Both the position numbers and the translations under genes were made by a program. Positions 12,701-25,820 of a DNA stretch of 64,000 nt are shown piece by piece; the first letter of the stretch is position 1, and each line of letters begins with the position of its first letter. The DNA is from Malacoraja senta (taxonomy: Eukaryota): assembly GCA_038087875.1 (NCBI GenBank), contig CM075991.1, positions 13,022,001-13,086,000 on the forward strand, read 5' to 3'. The notes below the pieces were generated by a model. The model was not told the DNA's origin and ran no database searches. It worked only from the letters and a program-made list of their open reading frames with translations.

Positions 12701-14639
12701 GAAAAAATATTTGTGAGGATACTATTTTTTTAAAATAAAACTGCAATTTATATGCTTTCATTTTTTAAAAAAAGTGTCAGTTGTAGAGAGGATAATTTAT
12801 CACCTTGCTGTTGGCAGGTGCAGTGGAATTCTGCAGAGTGGAAACTGTTTTATTCTGTAATAACCCAGAGCCCTGAGTGGAGGCGGAGATGAAGGAATAA
12901 TTGGAAATAAAACTTCATGATGCAGAAAATAAAAAGGAGATTAAACAGATGTGCATGTTTTAAGGATCATTGGTTTTGTCCTTTTGCAAATCACAGTATT
13001 TTAAGCCAAGCCTCCTGTTCATTTACATTAACTTAAAGCTGTACCATTTCAGAGAAGCAATAACCACTAATACAGTGATTATACAGTGCTCATGTGGACG
13101 TTAAACATGGTATACTTGAAAATATACTTATTTTAATTTTGTGTAACATGCAAACATTTTCTCCATGAGGAATAAGTAACAGAGTTCGCACCTAGTACAA
13201 AATAAATCAAATTAGAGTCAAATACAAACCAGATATCTGCACTAGTAAAAATGGAAGGCTTAGTTTGATTTCTGCGGACATTGGCTCTGAAGTGGCGATA
13301 CCATGATACTGACTTACATCGGTTGGAGACAGAGAGAAATGGACTCATCCTGAATGGTACATTTTGATTCCAACTAAAGATGCTGACCATGATGAAATGC
13401 TGCAGAGCCTATAACTCCCCACATGCTCTCAACCAAATTATACGTGTAATCCTTAAAGGTTAATGAAAATATCCGGAAGCAGCTAACTCACCTGTTTTAC
13501 ACGACAGAATCTTTTGGGGGGGAGGAAATCTACGTTATGTGATCTGGTGATTAGTTGGGTTAAGAGAAGGATAAGAACATTCTTTTAAAATAATTTCCTT
13601 GCTTGAAATAATCTCTATTATTAGAAAAAAAGCAACTATTCTTAGCTGTTTAACTGGGGAGATAAAGAGAGGTAATCGGAGTTTGCAATTGCTAACTCTG
13701 ATTCTTCTCAATTTTTTAATTATAATGGTGATGGTTCAGTAAACTGGAAAAGCTCTGGTTGTATATAACGTTTCCTGAATATATGTCAGGAAACTACAAT
13801 AAATAATGTTGCAATTACCAAAGGCAATAATGTCCAATGAACAGGAGGTGGGTACATTTCCAAAACAGGAAATTCTAGTCTTGTATTTTTTTTCTTTGTA
13901 CCAATTCTCATCCACTTCATCGCTCATCAAGGTGCTGAATCATTTTGGTGAATGCTTCTTTGATTGGAAGTTGCCAAAGACAATGAGCATAGACTGGTTA
14001 TTCAACTATCGAGAACTCAGATCCTATTGTCATTCTCCAGCAGAAATCACAATGATTTTGTGATGAGAGGAACAGCTAATTTTCCCCTTTTACATGACTT
14101 TGGGGCACGATCCAATCATGCGTGTTACTGCTACCCTCAATCGACCAATTCACCGCAGCTATGTATCCTTTTAAAGTTTGTTCTCTACTTCATCCATCAG
14201 TTTTACCTTCCCCTTGGCCCTCATCTTCTGCCTTCTAGTGCTGTGCAGTTGCCTAAACCTATTAAAATATTGCGCAGTCACATACCTTGAAAGAATATGT
14301 GGTTGGTTTCAGAGCCTACACCAACCTGAAGGAAATATTGATTGCTCCAGGATTATGCTGGAGATTATAGATAGTCACCAGTTTATTTTTCTCACAAGCA
14401 ACCATATCCTTTAATTACTGAACCTCTCCACAATGATCAGAGGGACTTCGTGCATCTTTCCTCCATAAGAATAAGGACTAATCTAGCTGCTTTCCTGCCT
14501 AGAATCAATTACATACGGTGTGTTTTTCCTACAGCTGCCCAGGTCTTCTCTGAGCTACTTCTCTTGACCACTTGCCACTGAAATGCTCATTGCCCAACCT
14601 TCCTTCCAGGCATCTGTGCTAGCTGACATGATAAATTGT

Positions 14640-14767
14640 TGAAGAAAGGTCTCAACCCGAAACGTCACCCATTCCTTCTCTCAAGAGATGCTGCCCGTCC
14701 CGTTGAGTTACTCCAGCATTTTGCATCTATCTTCGATTTAGCAAGCATCTGTAGTTCTTTCCTATAC
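14640..14767 (+). mobile_element. Penelope-derived short repeat (single arm)
   Basis: TGAAGAAAGGTCTCAACCCGAAACGTCACC followed by the family body ending GCATCTGTAGTTCTTTCCTATAC. Confidence 0.75.
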
Positions 14768-15828
14768 ATGATAGTTTCCTATCCACAGGATACACTTGTC
14801 ATCCACTCATAACTGCCAATCTATGACATTATCCTTTAATGTTACCAACCAATCTCCTTTCCTCCCCAAAGTTCTTGAATTCTGCAAACGATTCTTATCT
14901 TTCCAGCAATTTCACATTTGAACCATTCAATGCAACTTTTAATCCTGATATAGTTGTATTTAATATCATAAATTCTGTACTCTGCATATCAATAGCATTC
15001 CCAACACCATTCCTCCATTACCCTACAAAGTAGGTTTGTCTTCCTGTGGTTTCACTCATAGAGTCATGGATACAGTGTGGAAACAGGCCCTTTGGCCCAA
15101 CTTGCCCACACCGGCCAACTTGTCCCGGCTACACTAGTCCCACCTGCCTCTGGCTGATGCTGTCGCATCTGCAACAATGTCTTCCCTTCCTGCCATTACC
15201 TTTTGGCCCTCTCTTTTTCCACTTCTTGCCAATATAATCTGCAAACATGGAATTAGCTTCTGAATAAAAGAATGACACAGTGTCAAAGTAAGATTGTTTG
15301 TTTTACACAAGTATGCAAAGAGTCGCCAGGTATATGGCTCGACAAGGTTACATAGTCGCCAACGGCCCCCTTGTTCTTGGTGCTCTCCCCACGCCGGGCC
15401 CTTCTATATATAATATATAATGCCATTTGACACCTCTGCTGTCTCTATATCATCAAACTTGTTCTTCATTATTCCTCCAATTAAAGTCAGGGAACACTGG
15501 TTTCATCATTGATACATGAAGCGTAACCCCTGCCGACAGACTGGTGCTGAACCATGCTGCAAAAAGCTGTATTCACCAACACATTGCTGAGCTTCAACTA
15601 CTGTATGGCTGCAAATTCATCACACAACTTCACAAAACTGAGCTGTGGGGCGAGAAATCTGGGCTGATTCCAGAAAAAACATAAATTAACTAGCCTTTCA
15701 TGTAATGAGAAAGAGGGTGAGGTAAGATTTAGTTTGGAATTTCGCTTTCAATCAATTCTGAAAGTCCTCCTGGAAATGGAGCCATGTTTTAACATTTGTT
15801 TAATGTGAGTTCACAGCAACACAAATAA

Positions 15829-15930
15829 CGTGCAGGAAGGAACTGCAGGTGCTGGTTTAAACCGAAGATAGACACAAAAAGCTGGAGTAACTCAGCGGGA
15901 CAGGCAGCATCTCTGGAGAGAAGGAATGGG
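15829..15930 (-). mobile_element. Penelope-derived short repeat, truncated before the ribozyme motif
   Basis: GGAAGGAACTGCAGGTGCTGGTTTAAACCGAAGATAGACAC...GAATGGG, as in the other copies. Confidence 0.75.
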
Positions 15931-15996
15931 CAACACAAATAATGTTTGCTGAGCCTTCCACACCCATTGCCCTGCCCTTAGACCCACTCACCTACC

Positions 15997-16451
15997 CCCA
16001 CACAAATGCACCCACACACACACAAACAAACACACACACAGCCACATACACACACACAACCACATACACACACACACACATACCCACACACATACATACA
16101 CACACACACAAACACAGCCACACACACACATACCCACACACACAAACACACCCACACACAGCCACATACACACACAAACACAGCCACATACACACAAACA
16201 CACCCACACAAACACAGCCACACACACACACAGAAACACACCCACACACACAAACACAGCCACACACACACACACACACACACACAGCCACACACACACA
16301 CACACACACAGCCACACACACACACACACAAACACAGCCACACACACACACACACAAACACACCCACACACACACACACACACAAACACACCCACACACA
16401 CACACAAACACAGCCACACACACACACCCACACACACACACAAACACAAAC

Positions 16452-16484
<33 letters not shown>

Positions 16485-16962
16485 GCCACACACACACACA
16501 CAAACACACCCACACACATACACAAACACAAACACACACACAAACACACACACACAAACACACCCACACACACACAGCCACATACACACACACACAAACC
16601 CACACACACACACACAAACACAAACACACCCACAAACACAGCCACACACACACACACATACACAAACACACCCACACACATACATACACACACACACATA
16701 TACACACACAGCCACATACACACACACACACCCACACACACAGCCACACACACACAAACACACCCACACACATACACAAACACACCCACACACCCACACA
16801 AACACACCCACACACACACAGCCACACACACACATACACACACCCACACACACACAGCCACACACAGCCACACACCCACACACACACACAAACACACCCA
16901 CACACACACAGCCACACACACACACCCACACACACACACCCACACACACACAGCCACATACA
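15997..16962. repeat. Compound (CA)n microsatellite of ~965 bp with CAGC/CAAA/CCCA/CATA interruptions
   Basis: Directly visible. It generates the low-complexity HT/CV ORFs. Confidence 0.97.
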
Positions 16963-17619
16963 CTTTAAGGTCACATATTTTATTCACCAGTTGGAATTCC
17001 TGGTGTGAAGAGACTTTTAGAAAATTAACAAGGAAGCTGAAGTGGGCAGCTGACAGCTTTAGCATGAAGGAGGCAAGTCATTTGTTCTTGAGCAGCCAAC
17101 CAGGAGAAGAATGAGAGTCGGAAGGATCCCCATTTTGTCCAAGCATTGTCAAATCAGTGAAAGTAAATCAATAAAAAGTGCCACACGTTGGGGAAAGTTA
17201 CTTTGCAAAGAATAATCCTCTCTTCTGAACTCTTTCAGCTAAGTGTTCGTTGGAGAGTACATTTACGTTCTAATACTCCTCATTAAAAGGCACGTCATTT
17301 ATGTTCCTTTTAATTGTATTCAAAAAGTAAATGTTTTTTCCTTTTTTCCTTCTATACCTTTAACCTTCAATTTTCTTTCTTTACTTTCCAATTGGAAGTT
17401 GTTTTCCTTCATTCCCAGCTGGCTCTCCCTTTTTGGGGACATCTGCAAATTGACGTTCCTTGACCAAATGTTATCCGGAGAAGTTTTTTGTCACAAGCAG
17501 CATAATTTAAAATGTAGATTTTTTTCATGAACAAGGCATTTTTGACATACACTGATGTAAATGTTTCCATGAACATCAGAGTGTGTCAGTGTTACAAACT
17601 TTGTTCAGTGGTTAGCAGT

Positions 17620-17945
17620 CATATTTTTGAGGCAAAAGTTGTGGGATTTAAATACATCAGAACAAATTCCACGATGATATTAATGTGCTAGGAGACTGGC
17701 GCATATGTTTATGAACTAGATGTTAAATCAAGGCAGTATTTGCCTGTTTAAATGATCAACGAACCTGTGGCTCTAATTGAAGAGGACAACTTTTTCTGTT
17801 CAACAGTCTTTAATCAACCAAGATCACTAAAGGCAGATTAAATAGTCATTCATCTCATTGTGAATCATGGAATTATAGTGTGCAATGTGACTCATGTGTG
17901 GATATTTCAAAATAATCGAATTAAGCACGTGAGCTCGTGGATATA
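17620..17945 (+). mobile_element. Ancient Deu-domain SINE (SacSINE1/AmnSINE1-like), degraded
   Basis: AGATGTTAAATCAAGGC...CCTGTGGCTCTAATTGAAGAG resembles the Deu core as recalled. Similar to the 23300-23690 copy. Confidence 0.45.
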
Positions 17946-19162
17946 ATGAAATGTGTCTTTCCTAGAAAAGCAGGAAAGAAAAATGTTGCTTCACCCAAAG
18001 ATCCTTGTGTGCCCGATGCTGATAACTGCTGAGAGACAGGAGCCAGCCCCTCATGTTGAGAACAGTGAAAAACAATAATGCCTCCATATTCCATAACATC
18101 TGTGGGAAAATAAACTTTTTATTTTGGTGTAAATTGTTATTTTTGGCCTTTTCTTAGCTTCTATTGAAATATCCTGTCACTCACTGATGAATGATTTCAC
18201 AGTGTAACAATATCCTCTGTCTTTCTTGCTAAGTAACTATTCTTACTCCACAAACTTGGACGGTCACAATCCATGCAGGGCCTCACAGTTATATCAATTG
18301 CCCATAAGTTTCTTTAAGCAGAAACCAGAAATGTACTTCCATCAGGGTTCCTGAAATAGTGATCGAGAGTGGAGACTGGGAGATCTCTCTCCTCCCACTG
18401 CATACCCAAATGGTTGTGTGTTTGAATGGATGATTTTTTTTGAGGAATCGTATTTTCCCAAAGCAGAATCAGAGAGGAATTCCACAAAGGTAAGAGCTAG
18501 CAAGATGCTCTTATGGGAAGAGCTGTTGTATTTGCAGACAGTAAATGACTAAACATACAGCTATTCAAGCATGTGATATTACAGAGCACTACTGTGCTTC
18601 TCAGCTCCAATGCCTCTCAGTTTTACATCCGGCCTCTTTTCGTAGACTTGTTTTCAGACAATGGACGTACATTGAGGTAAATTTTCTATTCTTACAATGA
18701 ATGCATCATTTCAGCGTCAGCCAAATAAGCAGGTAAATTCTGCTCACTTGTTTTCCATTTTGTGGTGAGCCATAAAGATCAGCTGAAAAACAATGTTACA
18801 CATCCACTGGCACTGTTAATTTGTGTAAAACGATAGGTCAGTCATGATGAGTAATATTCTATACGTGGTGATATTCAGCATATATTTTAAAGATGTTCAT
18901 ATATCAAGCAGAATAAATAACTGGCACATTTGTCATTGACTGAAACATCTTATCTTCATAATTAAAATGCAAACCTTCACTGTTTCTGCCCAGGCACAGA
19001 ATAGTCTCACTGTTTACTGCCCCTCTGGAATGTTAATGGAAAGCGCAGTCAAATTAATGGAATTAGTTCATTCTTAGTCAGGTTAATGTAGTTTTATAAG
19101 GACTCGTGAATCAGCACCTATTAAATATTAAAATCAGATATCTCAGATATCTTGATGATTTA

Positions 19163-19329
19163 TGTAGGAAGGAACTGCAGATGCTGGTTTAAACCGAAGA
19201 TAGACACAAAAAGCTGGAGTAACTCAGCGGGACAGGCAGCATCTCTGGTGAGAAGGAATGGGTGATGTTTCGGGTCGAGAACCTTCTTGCCTGTCCCGCT
19301 GAGTTACTCCAGATTTTGGTGTCTATCTT
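19163..19329. mobile_element. Penelope-derived palindromic repeat with 15-bp direct flanking repeat
   Basis: One full arm plus a partial inverted arm. TATCTTGATGATTTA at 19148-19162 and 19324-19338. Confidence 0.85.
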
Positions 19330-20110
19330 GATGATTTAGATGATTAAAGAATCAACAACTGCTGGCCTCTGCAGTATTAGCTAACAACATTTGTTTGGGT
19401 TACAAAAGAAGATAGGAGGATAAATATTTAAAGTGATAGATTTTGAACATCTTACAGGAGAACAGATAGATTTAGTGGAGAGGTTTAGTGATAGAAATAA
19501 ACCTTAGTGCCTCAACAGAAACAGGCACAGCTGTTTAGAATGTAATATTAAGGATGTACAAGAGGGCAGAAATGGAGAAATGCAGATATCTGAGAAGATT
19601 GTATTCCTGAAAAACCATAAAGAGATAAGATTGGGTGAAAATGGAACGCTACAATGTAAGTCAGTGTAGTTGGGTTAAAGTTAACGTAGGTATGAAGCAG
19701 TCAGGACACTTAATCCTATTCCTGTTGTTTTTCTTGGAAGTACTAATTTGTTTGAAACTGTGAATCTTAATATTGTAAAGTTATTAATGAAGGAAATGGA
19801 GACCAAACTATGGCAATGGAATTACACCCCAGTAAGAACCTCAACTTTTTCAAATAATGGAGAGGTGTAAAGATACAAAGATCAGAGAACTTCACTGTAT
19901 CTATGATTACTTTCATGTGATAAAACAAGCCATGATTATGTTACTTACCTTGATTGAATCGTGCCAAATGCTGACATTATAAACGTGTGAGAAGTCGTCA
20001 AAATCACAATATTGCCGACTTTTTAACACCTTACATGACATAGATTATATGCACTATACATATATTTACTTCACCTTATAATGCGGTGACGGTATGTCAA
20101 TACGAAAGAT

Positions 20111-20208
20111 GTCTGAAGAAGGGACTCGACCCGAAACATCACCCATTTCTTCTCTCTAGAGATGCTGCCTGTCCCGCTGAGTTACTCCAGCTTTTTGTGT
20201 CTATCTTC
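20111..20208 (+). mobile_element. Penelope-derived short repeat (single arm)
   Basis: GTCTGAAGAAGGGACTCGACCCGAAACATCACC followed by the family body ending GTGTCTATCTTC. Confidence 0.8.
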
Positions 20209-20523
20209 AAAAGAGTAACTGTTGGGTCTGTATTCCTGCGACTAATGTTTATTTTATTAAACAAAATAAAATGAGGCAAATATGTGAAAACATAAAAGCA
20301 CCTGTTTAGAAATTGATTAGCCCCATACCCTTACTTCAATACAAATATCTGCAGGTAATCCCATTCTACAGGGTCAGGTGGTAGCACATGGTGGAAACAC
20401 AAGTGGAGCCATTCAGATGTTAGTATCTATGTGGAGATAAACCCAGGCTGATCAAAAAGTATTATTTATTACCTAGGAAGAGGATAATCTTCTCCAGGGA
20501 CAGCGATGCTGTCAGTAAACTGA

Positions 20524-20876
20524 TGTGACCATGATGCCATGTGACTGAGATGCCATGTGACTGAGATGTCATGTGACTGAGATGCCATGTGCCATGATGC
20601 CATGTGACTGAGATACCATGTGACTGAGATGCCATGTGACTGAGATCCCATGTGACTGAGATCCCATGTGACTGAGATCCCATGTGACTGAGATCCCATG
20701 TGCCATGATGCCATGTGACTGAGATCCCATGTGACTGAGATCCCATGTGACTGAGATCCCATGTGCCATGATGCCATGTGACTGAGATCCCATGTGACTG
20801 AGATCCCATGTGACTGAGATCCCATGTGCCATGATGCCATGTGACTGAGATCCCATGTGACTGAGATGCCATGACT
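20524..20876. repeat. Minisatellite with 16-bp unit TGACTGAGAT(C/G)CCATG and 15-bp variant TGCCATGATGCCATG
   Basis: Directly visible, about 22 units. Confidence 0.95.
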
Positions 20877-23299
20877 GGTGACGGTCAAATAATAGAGACT
20901 CTTGGAATCAACATCATCTATTTTAAATTGGAAATGTTCTGAAAAATCATTTTGAGTGGATAGATATCATTAAGTTTCTGTTCCATAATACGATATCCCA
21001 ATTGGAAATGCCTGATCAAATTTCCAGAGTGGCAAGCAAGAAAGAGGCAATGCCACAACACTCCTGGTTAAACCCATTTTCAGTCACAAGGAGCTGCGTC
21101 TGCGTGCAATCTAATTTTTGGGCCATTACGGATAAATTCCTCTCTAAATTCTGAAGGAAAGAAATGAAAAATCTTGGAAAAAATCTATAGGTTTTAAGCC
21201 TCCCACCTAGCTATTCCAGTTGGGTTCTGAAAGTAATTTCAAACTGCCGCTAACGTTTGTTGACTTGTGAATTCCTCTTTGTTAATTAAGTTAAAAAATC
21301 ATTGTCACTTTTCATTAGCTAAGCTGTGTCGAGTAACATGACAGACCTCCCATGCCTTGTTTTATTTGAAACCTGATTTTTTAATGACATGTGATGCAAT
21401 ATATTGTTCCTCATACCTAATTAGTCTGAAAACACAAAGAACAAACACAGTAATATCAGTGGTGTGTAACATGGCTCAGAGCAATTGCTTAGTGGTCCTT
21501 AGAAAAGGTAACTATTAAAAGGACAGAAAAAAAACTTGTTGTTTAGAATCCTGACTGCCTGTGTGTAGGAGCTGGACAAAGAAATCAATGTGGCATCACC
21601 AACTTGTCTAAATGTTTATGGCATTTGTATAAAACACTGTCTCTGCATCAGCAGAATGTACCCAAACTGCTCCTAATTAGGAATGGGAGTATGCTTTCCA
21701 AGTCTAATGGCCATCCCATTAATCTACAGAATGAGTGTGTATACATCATTATTGGTATATGGCCTTACCAATTATAGACTTACAATAACCAATAAAATAA
21801 TGATTTCTGGGATATAATAATATTGTAAATATATTTAGTCTTCCATTAAGCGTAACCACACATTTGATAATTTCATTGCATTTTTGAAGACTCCTACACC
21901 CATTTTTTAAATGATATTTCTCATTTCATTAAGTCCTTCACAACAATTCAATGAACAAGAGAAGAGACAGATGAATGTTCAGTATTGGTACTCATTACCC
22001 ATGAATAAAGTTTACACACCATTTTGATTGAACTGTCTGACAGGTTTTCTTCTTTCCTTAAAGAGAAATATCCTGAGTTTGTTCACTGGGACTCTTTAAT
22101 GGATCATCCAAAGTAGGGATCATGATATTAAAAAAATCATTAGCATGATGCCATTACTCTTTGTTTTTTTTCATATTTAATACTGGCAGCCCCTTAAACT
22201 ATCAGGTACATCTCAATCAAGTTTAATGGCATTACCTTGTGACCTCTTCCCAACATTTTCTCAGCAATGGGACTATTGGTTGATCTCCACTCTCCCAGCC
22301 ATGAACACTAAAGAAGAATGTGGTTTCCTTTCCACCAATGTGGGCTCAAAGTAAAAACTGGGAATTTGGTGACCTGGATAAATTCAACGATTCACAGGAT
22401 TTTACTAAATAAAATATTACTATCAAAAATGTAGCATCAATGAAAGGCCACCATTCATTTTCCTTGAACTGACTAGCTTGCTGGGACTTTTTGGAGGACA
22501 ATTAAGGGACAAGCATTTGCAATTCCTCTGTGACATTGCACCTTGCAAATCAATTCATAAGCTATTTTACAATTACTTTATGAACTGAAAAAAAGGCACA
22601 ACGTATTACAACACCAGGCAAAATGGAATGGAACTGTGTTTAATCTGCTTTATCAATTTATGGCCAAAAATTATAATCACAAAAATGGGGTAAATCAAGA
22701 GCAAGTAGTTGTGGAGGCTTACACATTGGAAAGCACATGGAATTTGTTATCCTTGATCAAAATGATGAAAAAACAGAAGCTTATCAAAACCTCTGCATAA
22801 ACAGATTATTTTTGCATTGCCCCGAGTAGTTGGTGGTATACTGTAAAGGACACAGGTAACATTTCTATTGTGAAATATTTGTAAAGAAATGACATTGTGT
22901 GATTAGGTTAGACCCTTGAAGAACAAAGAGAGAATGGAAGGGATCAAGGGGTTGCAGGAAACCTGTGAAATGTGTGGACTGTTGAAGATTCTAACACAAA
23001 TAGTTAAAAATGGAATGCAGCCAAAAATGTAATCACAACAAACAGCTGAAGGGGTGGCTTGTAGTGTGACTGGAAAAGGGTAGGACTAATTGGAGAATGC
23101 ATTCACAGAGCCAGCTAAATATGATGAACTGAATAGCCTCCTCTGTGCTGTACCATTCACCAAAGAAGTAGGGAACTAAACTCCAATTAAATGTTCAAAA
23201 TAAAGCTTAGGATTTTTGTTATAAAAGTAGTTCCTAACAAAATATTTTTCAGGCAATTATACCATCAAACCAAAGAACAATAAAGCTTCTCGTAGAGTG

Positions 23300-23690
23300 T
23301 CATCTGTGGGTCAATCCTACCCTGAGTCAGTAGATTACAGCTTTGGCCCACTTGGGAGACTAGACTGTACTCCAATGCAGTACATTGTCAGAGGGGTGCG
23401 TTTTGAATAAGAAACTAAACCAAAGCCCTTTCCGATGATCTCAGAAAATTTCATGGCATCATTTGAAAGTGCGGGATACCTAGTTTGCATACCATGAATA
23501 TTTATCCATCAGTCAACAGATTATTTGGTCATTCTCACACAGCTATACCAACTTGCTGCCATGTTTACTATAAGGCTCATTGTCCTGAAGAGAATGTGAC
23601 ATGTACCATTTGTAAGGTGCTATGTAAAACCGTAAAATTGCTCCCGCATAAACAGAAGTGCGTCCTCTCATTGTGCAGGTGATTAGTAAG
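23300..23690 (+). mobile_element. Ancient Deu-domain SINE, degraded
   Basis: TGCAGTAC...TGTCAGAGGGGTGCG...TAAACCAAAGCCC...CATGGCATCATTTGAA...AATATTTATCCATCA matches the Deu core as recalled. Confidence 0.5.
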
Positions 23691-25740
23691 AGCAATCCCA
23701 GTTAGCTGGTTCCGACACTTTCCCTGTAGGCATGTTATTCTTTTTAAGTACTTACCCAATCCCTATTATAAGCCATGGTTCAATCTGCTTCCACCATTCT
23801 TCAGCAGTACATTTTACTAATTAATAACCTGTCATGAAAATGAAAATACTCACATCTTATTTGACATCTTTGCCAATCACCTTAAATATGTGTGGCCAGG
23901 TTCTAACCCTTCCCCAATGGGAACAGTTTCTTTACCTTGCCTTGAATGTTTCTATCGTATCTTCCCACAGTCTTCTATGATCTAGCTTTTTCATTGAACT
24001 CTCTTGACCTTGTAGCTATCCAGGTACATTTTTATGCACCCATTCCAAGGCTCCAGCATCTTCCTAAAGTACATTCACTCGCTGAACTTTCCAAAAGAGG
24101 AAGAGAACATTGCCAAGCTTAAATAAAAATATAAAACGCTGAAAATATTCAACTGGCTATGCAGCATCTATGAAGAAAGAGTAATGTAGGTCATTTGGTC
24201 ACTGAGCCAGTTGCTATGAATCCTATAATCCTATACACTTGCTTCACGTTCAGTCTTATTCCTACAGTTTAAATTGTTCCCATTCTGATCTCGGGAGGTT
24301 CCCATTTATCACAGTGGTCGTGGGGTTCCATTCTTGGGGTACCAATGAGGAAATATTGTAGCTGTACTAGATACCCTGCATCATGAGATCTCACACCAGT
24401 TTAACCAAACAGCAAAACGTAACAAATATTTCCACGGTCAGTTCCGATATGTTTAGCGGTGATGTTGTATTTCATATTTGGCAGAATTGGCTATTTGTAC
24501 TTGTATTTAGGAAGATTCTATCAGAAATCTTGATGATGCCCAGTCTCCATGGATTCTCCCACGAGGCACTCTGCTTCGTAAGTATCCAATCAAAAGTGAC
24601 AGAAAACAAATGGGGCCTGACCCACACACTCCAGGAGGGCGGTATGTCAGGACATCACGCAGATGAAATGACAACCGTTGTTTTGACACTTACTTTGGGC
24701 TGTCTTTGATCCACATCAGACAACACAGTGTTACACAGGGTCTGAACAAATCAACAATCCTATCCTTCAGTGTCCGCATCAAATATTCTCCCTCGGCCCC
24801 TCAACCTTCTTATTGGACGCCGTGTATTACAGCCAATCCCTGTTTGCTCTCATCACCTGTCAGTTTTTTTCGATATTTTGCACAAATGCTAAATGTGAGG
24901 TCATTTGTCTTTGCTTCCCGCACCGTAGGTAACAATGCACCCTGCAGAAAACATTTGTGTAACATTTATTTTTAATTAAATCACATAGCAAAGATTGGAG
25001 TCTTAACAGGTGAACTATTTTAAATAAACCTTCATGGTAATTTTGAGTTATGCTTATTGATGGTCACGTCTAACCTTGCTTTTCCATTAATGTGTTTAAT
25101 ATAAAAAATATAAAAATTAGAAATATGGATGATGTTGCATTTATCCGTAAAGAGAAGAAGCTCTCAGTCGTGTCAGCTGTAAGACCAAAGTTTAGGAAGT
25201 TGCTACCATATAGAATGGTTAACACAAATAGCAGCGAAATGTTGAAGGGACAGTTAGAACAGCAGAAAATAGTCAAAGCAATAGTAAGATATGGAGATAC
25301 AAGGAACTGCAGATGCTGGTTTACAAAAAACAGGCATGATGCTGGAGTAACTTAGTAAGGAATGGAAGTTGAGTTAGATTATTTTAAGTGGGATCAGGCT
25401 TATGTGAAGACCAACTAGCGACATGGTTGAATCAGATAGATGTTTTCTATTCTGTATGTTCTCTGTAATTCTATAATTTCTTTGTGAATTAATTTAAATT
25501 TATAATTATAATAAATTCCGATTCTTTCCATAGTCAAATAGTGTGTCAAGAGTCAAGAAAGTCTGATAGGAAATAAATGGCTTCACCTCTATCTTAAATG
25601 GGACAACTTTTAAACAATGGTCTAGAATCTAGCACAAGTAGAAACTCTCCACATCCACGGCACCATGACCCTTTGGTATCTTTTATGCTTCAATCAGCTT
25701 TCCTCTAACTCTTCCAAGTTCCAGCAGATAAAAGCCAATC

Positions 25741-25820
25741 CTGTCCAGACCCGCTGAGGTACTCCAGCTTCTTGTATCTATCTTCGGTTTAAACCAGCAT
25801 CTGCAGTTCCTTCATACACA
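25741..25820 (+). mobile_element. Penelope-derived short repeat, 3' fragment
   Basis: GACCCGCTGAGGTACTCCAGC...GGTTTAAACCAGCATCTGCAGTTCCTTC. Confidence 0.7.

Noticed and set aside
13806..14063. 85-aa ORF with internal GT/AG signals
   Set aside because: No recognisable homology, and the upstream candidate exon has stops in all frames.
15942..17114. Five 320-390 aa ORFs
   Set aside because: Translations of the CA/TG microsatellite (HT/CV repeats), not genes.
20462..20888. His/Ser/Trp-rich repetitive ORFs
   Set aside because: Arise from the 16-bp minisatellite being stop-free on one strand, with no exon support.
24290..24660. Degenerate Ig-domain-like peptide on the minus strand
   Set aside because: Needs a frameshift and several stop corrections, so the resemblance is too weak.
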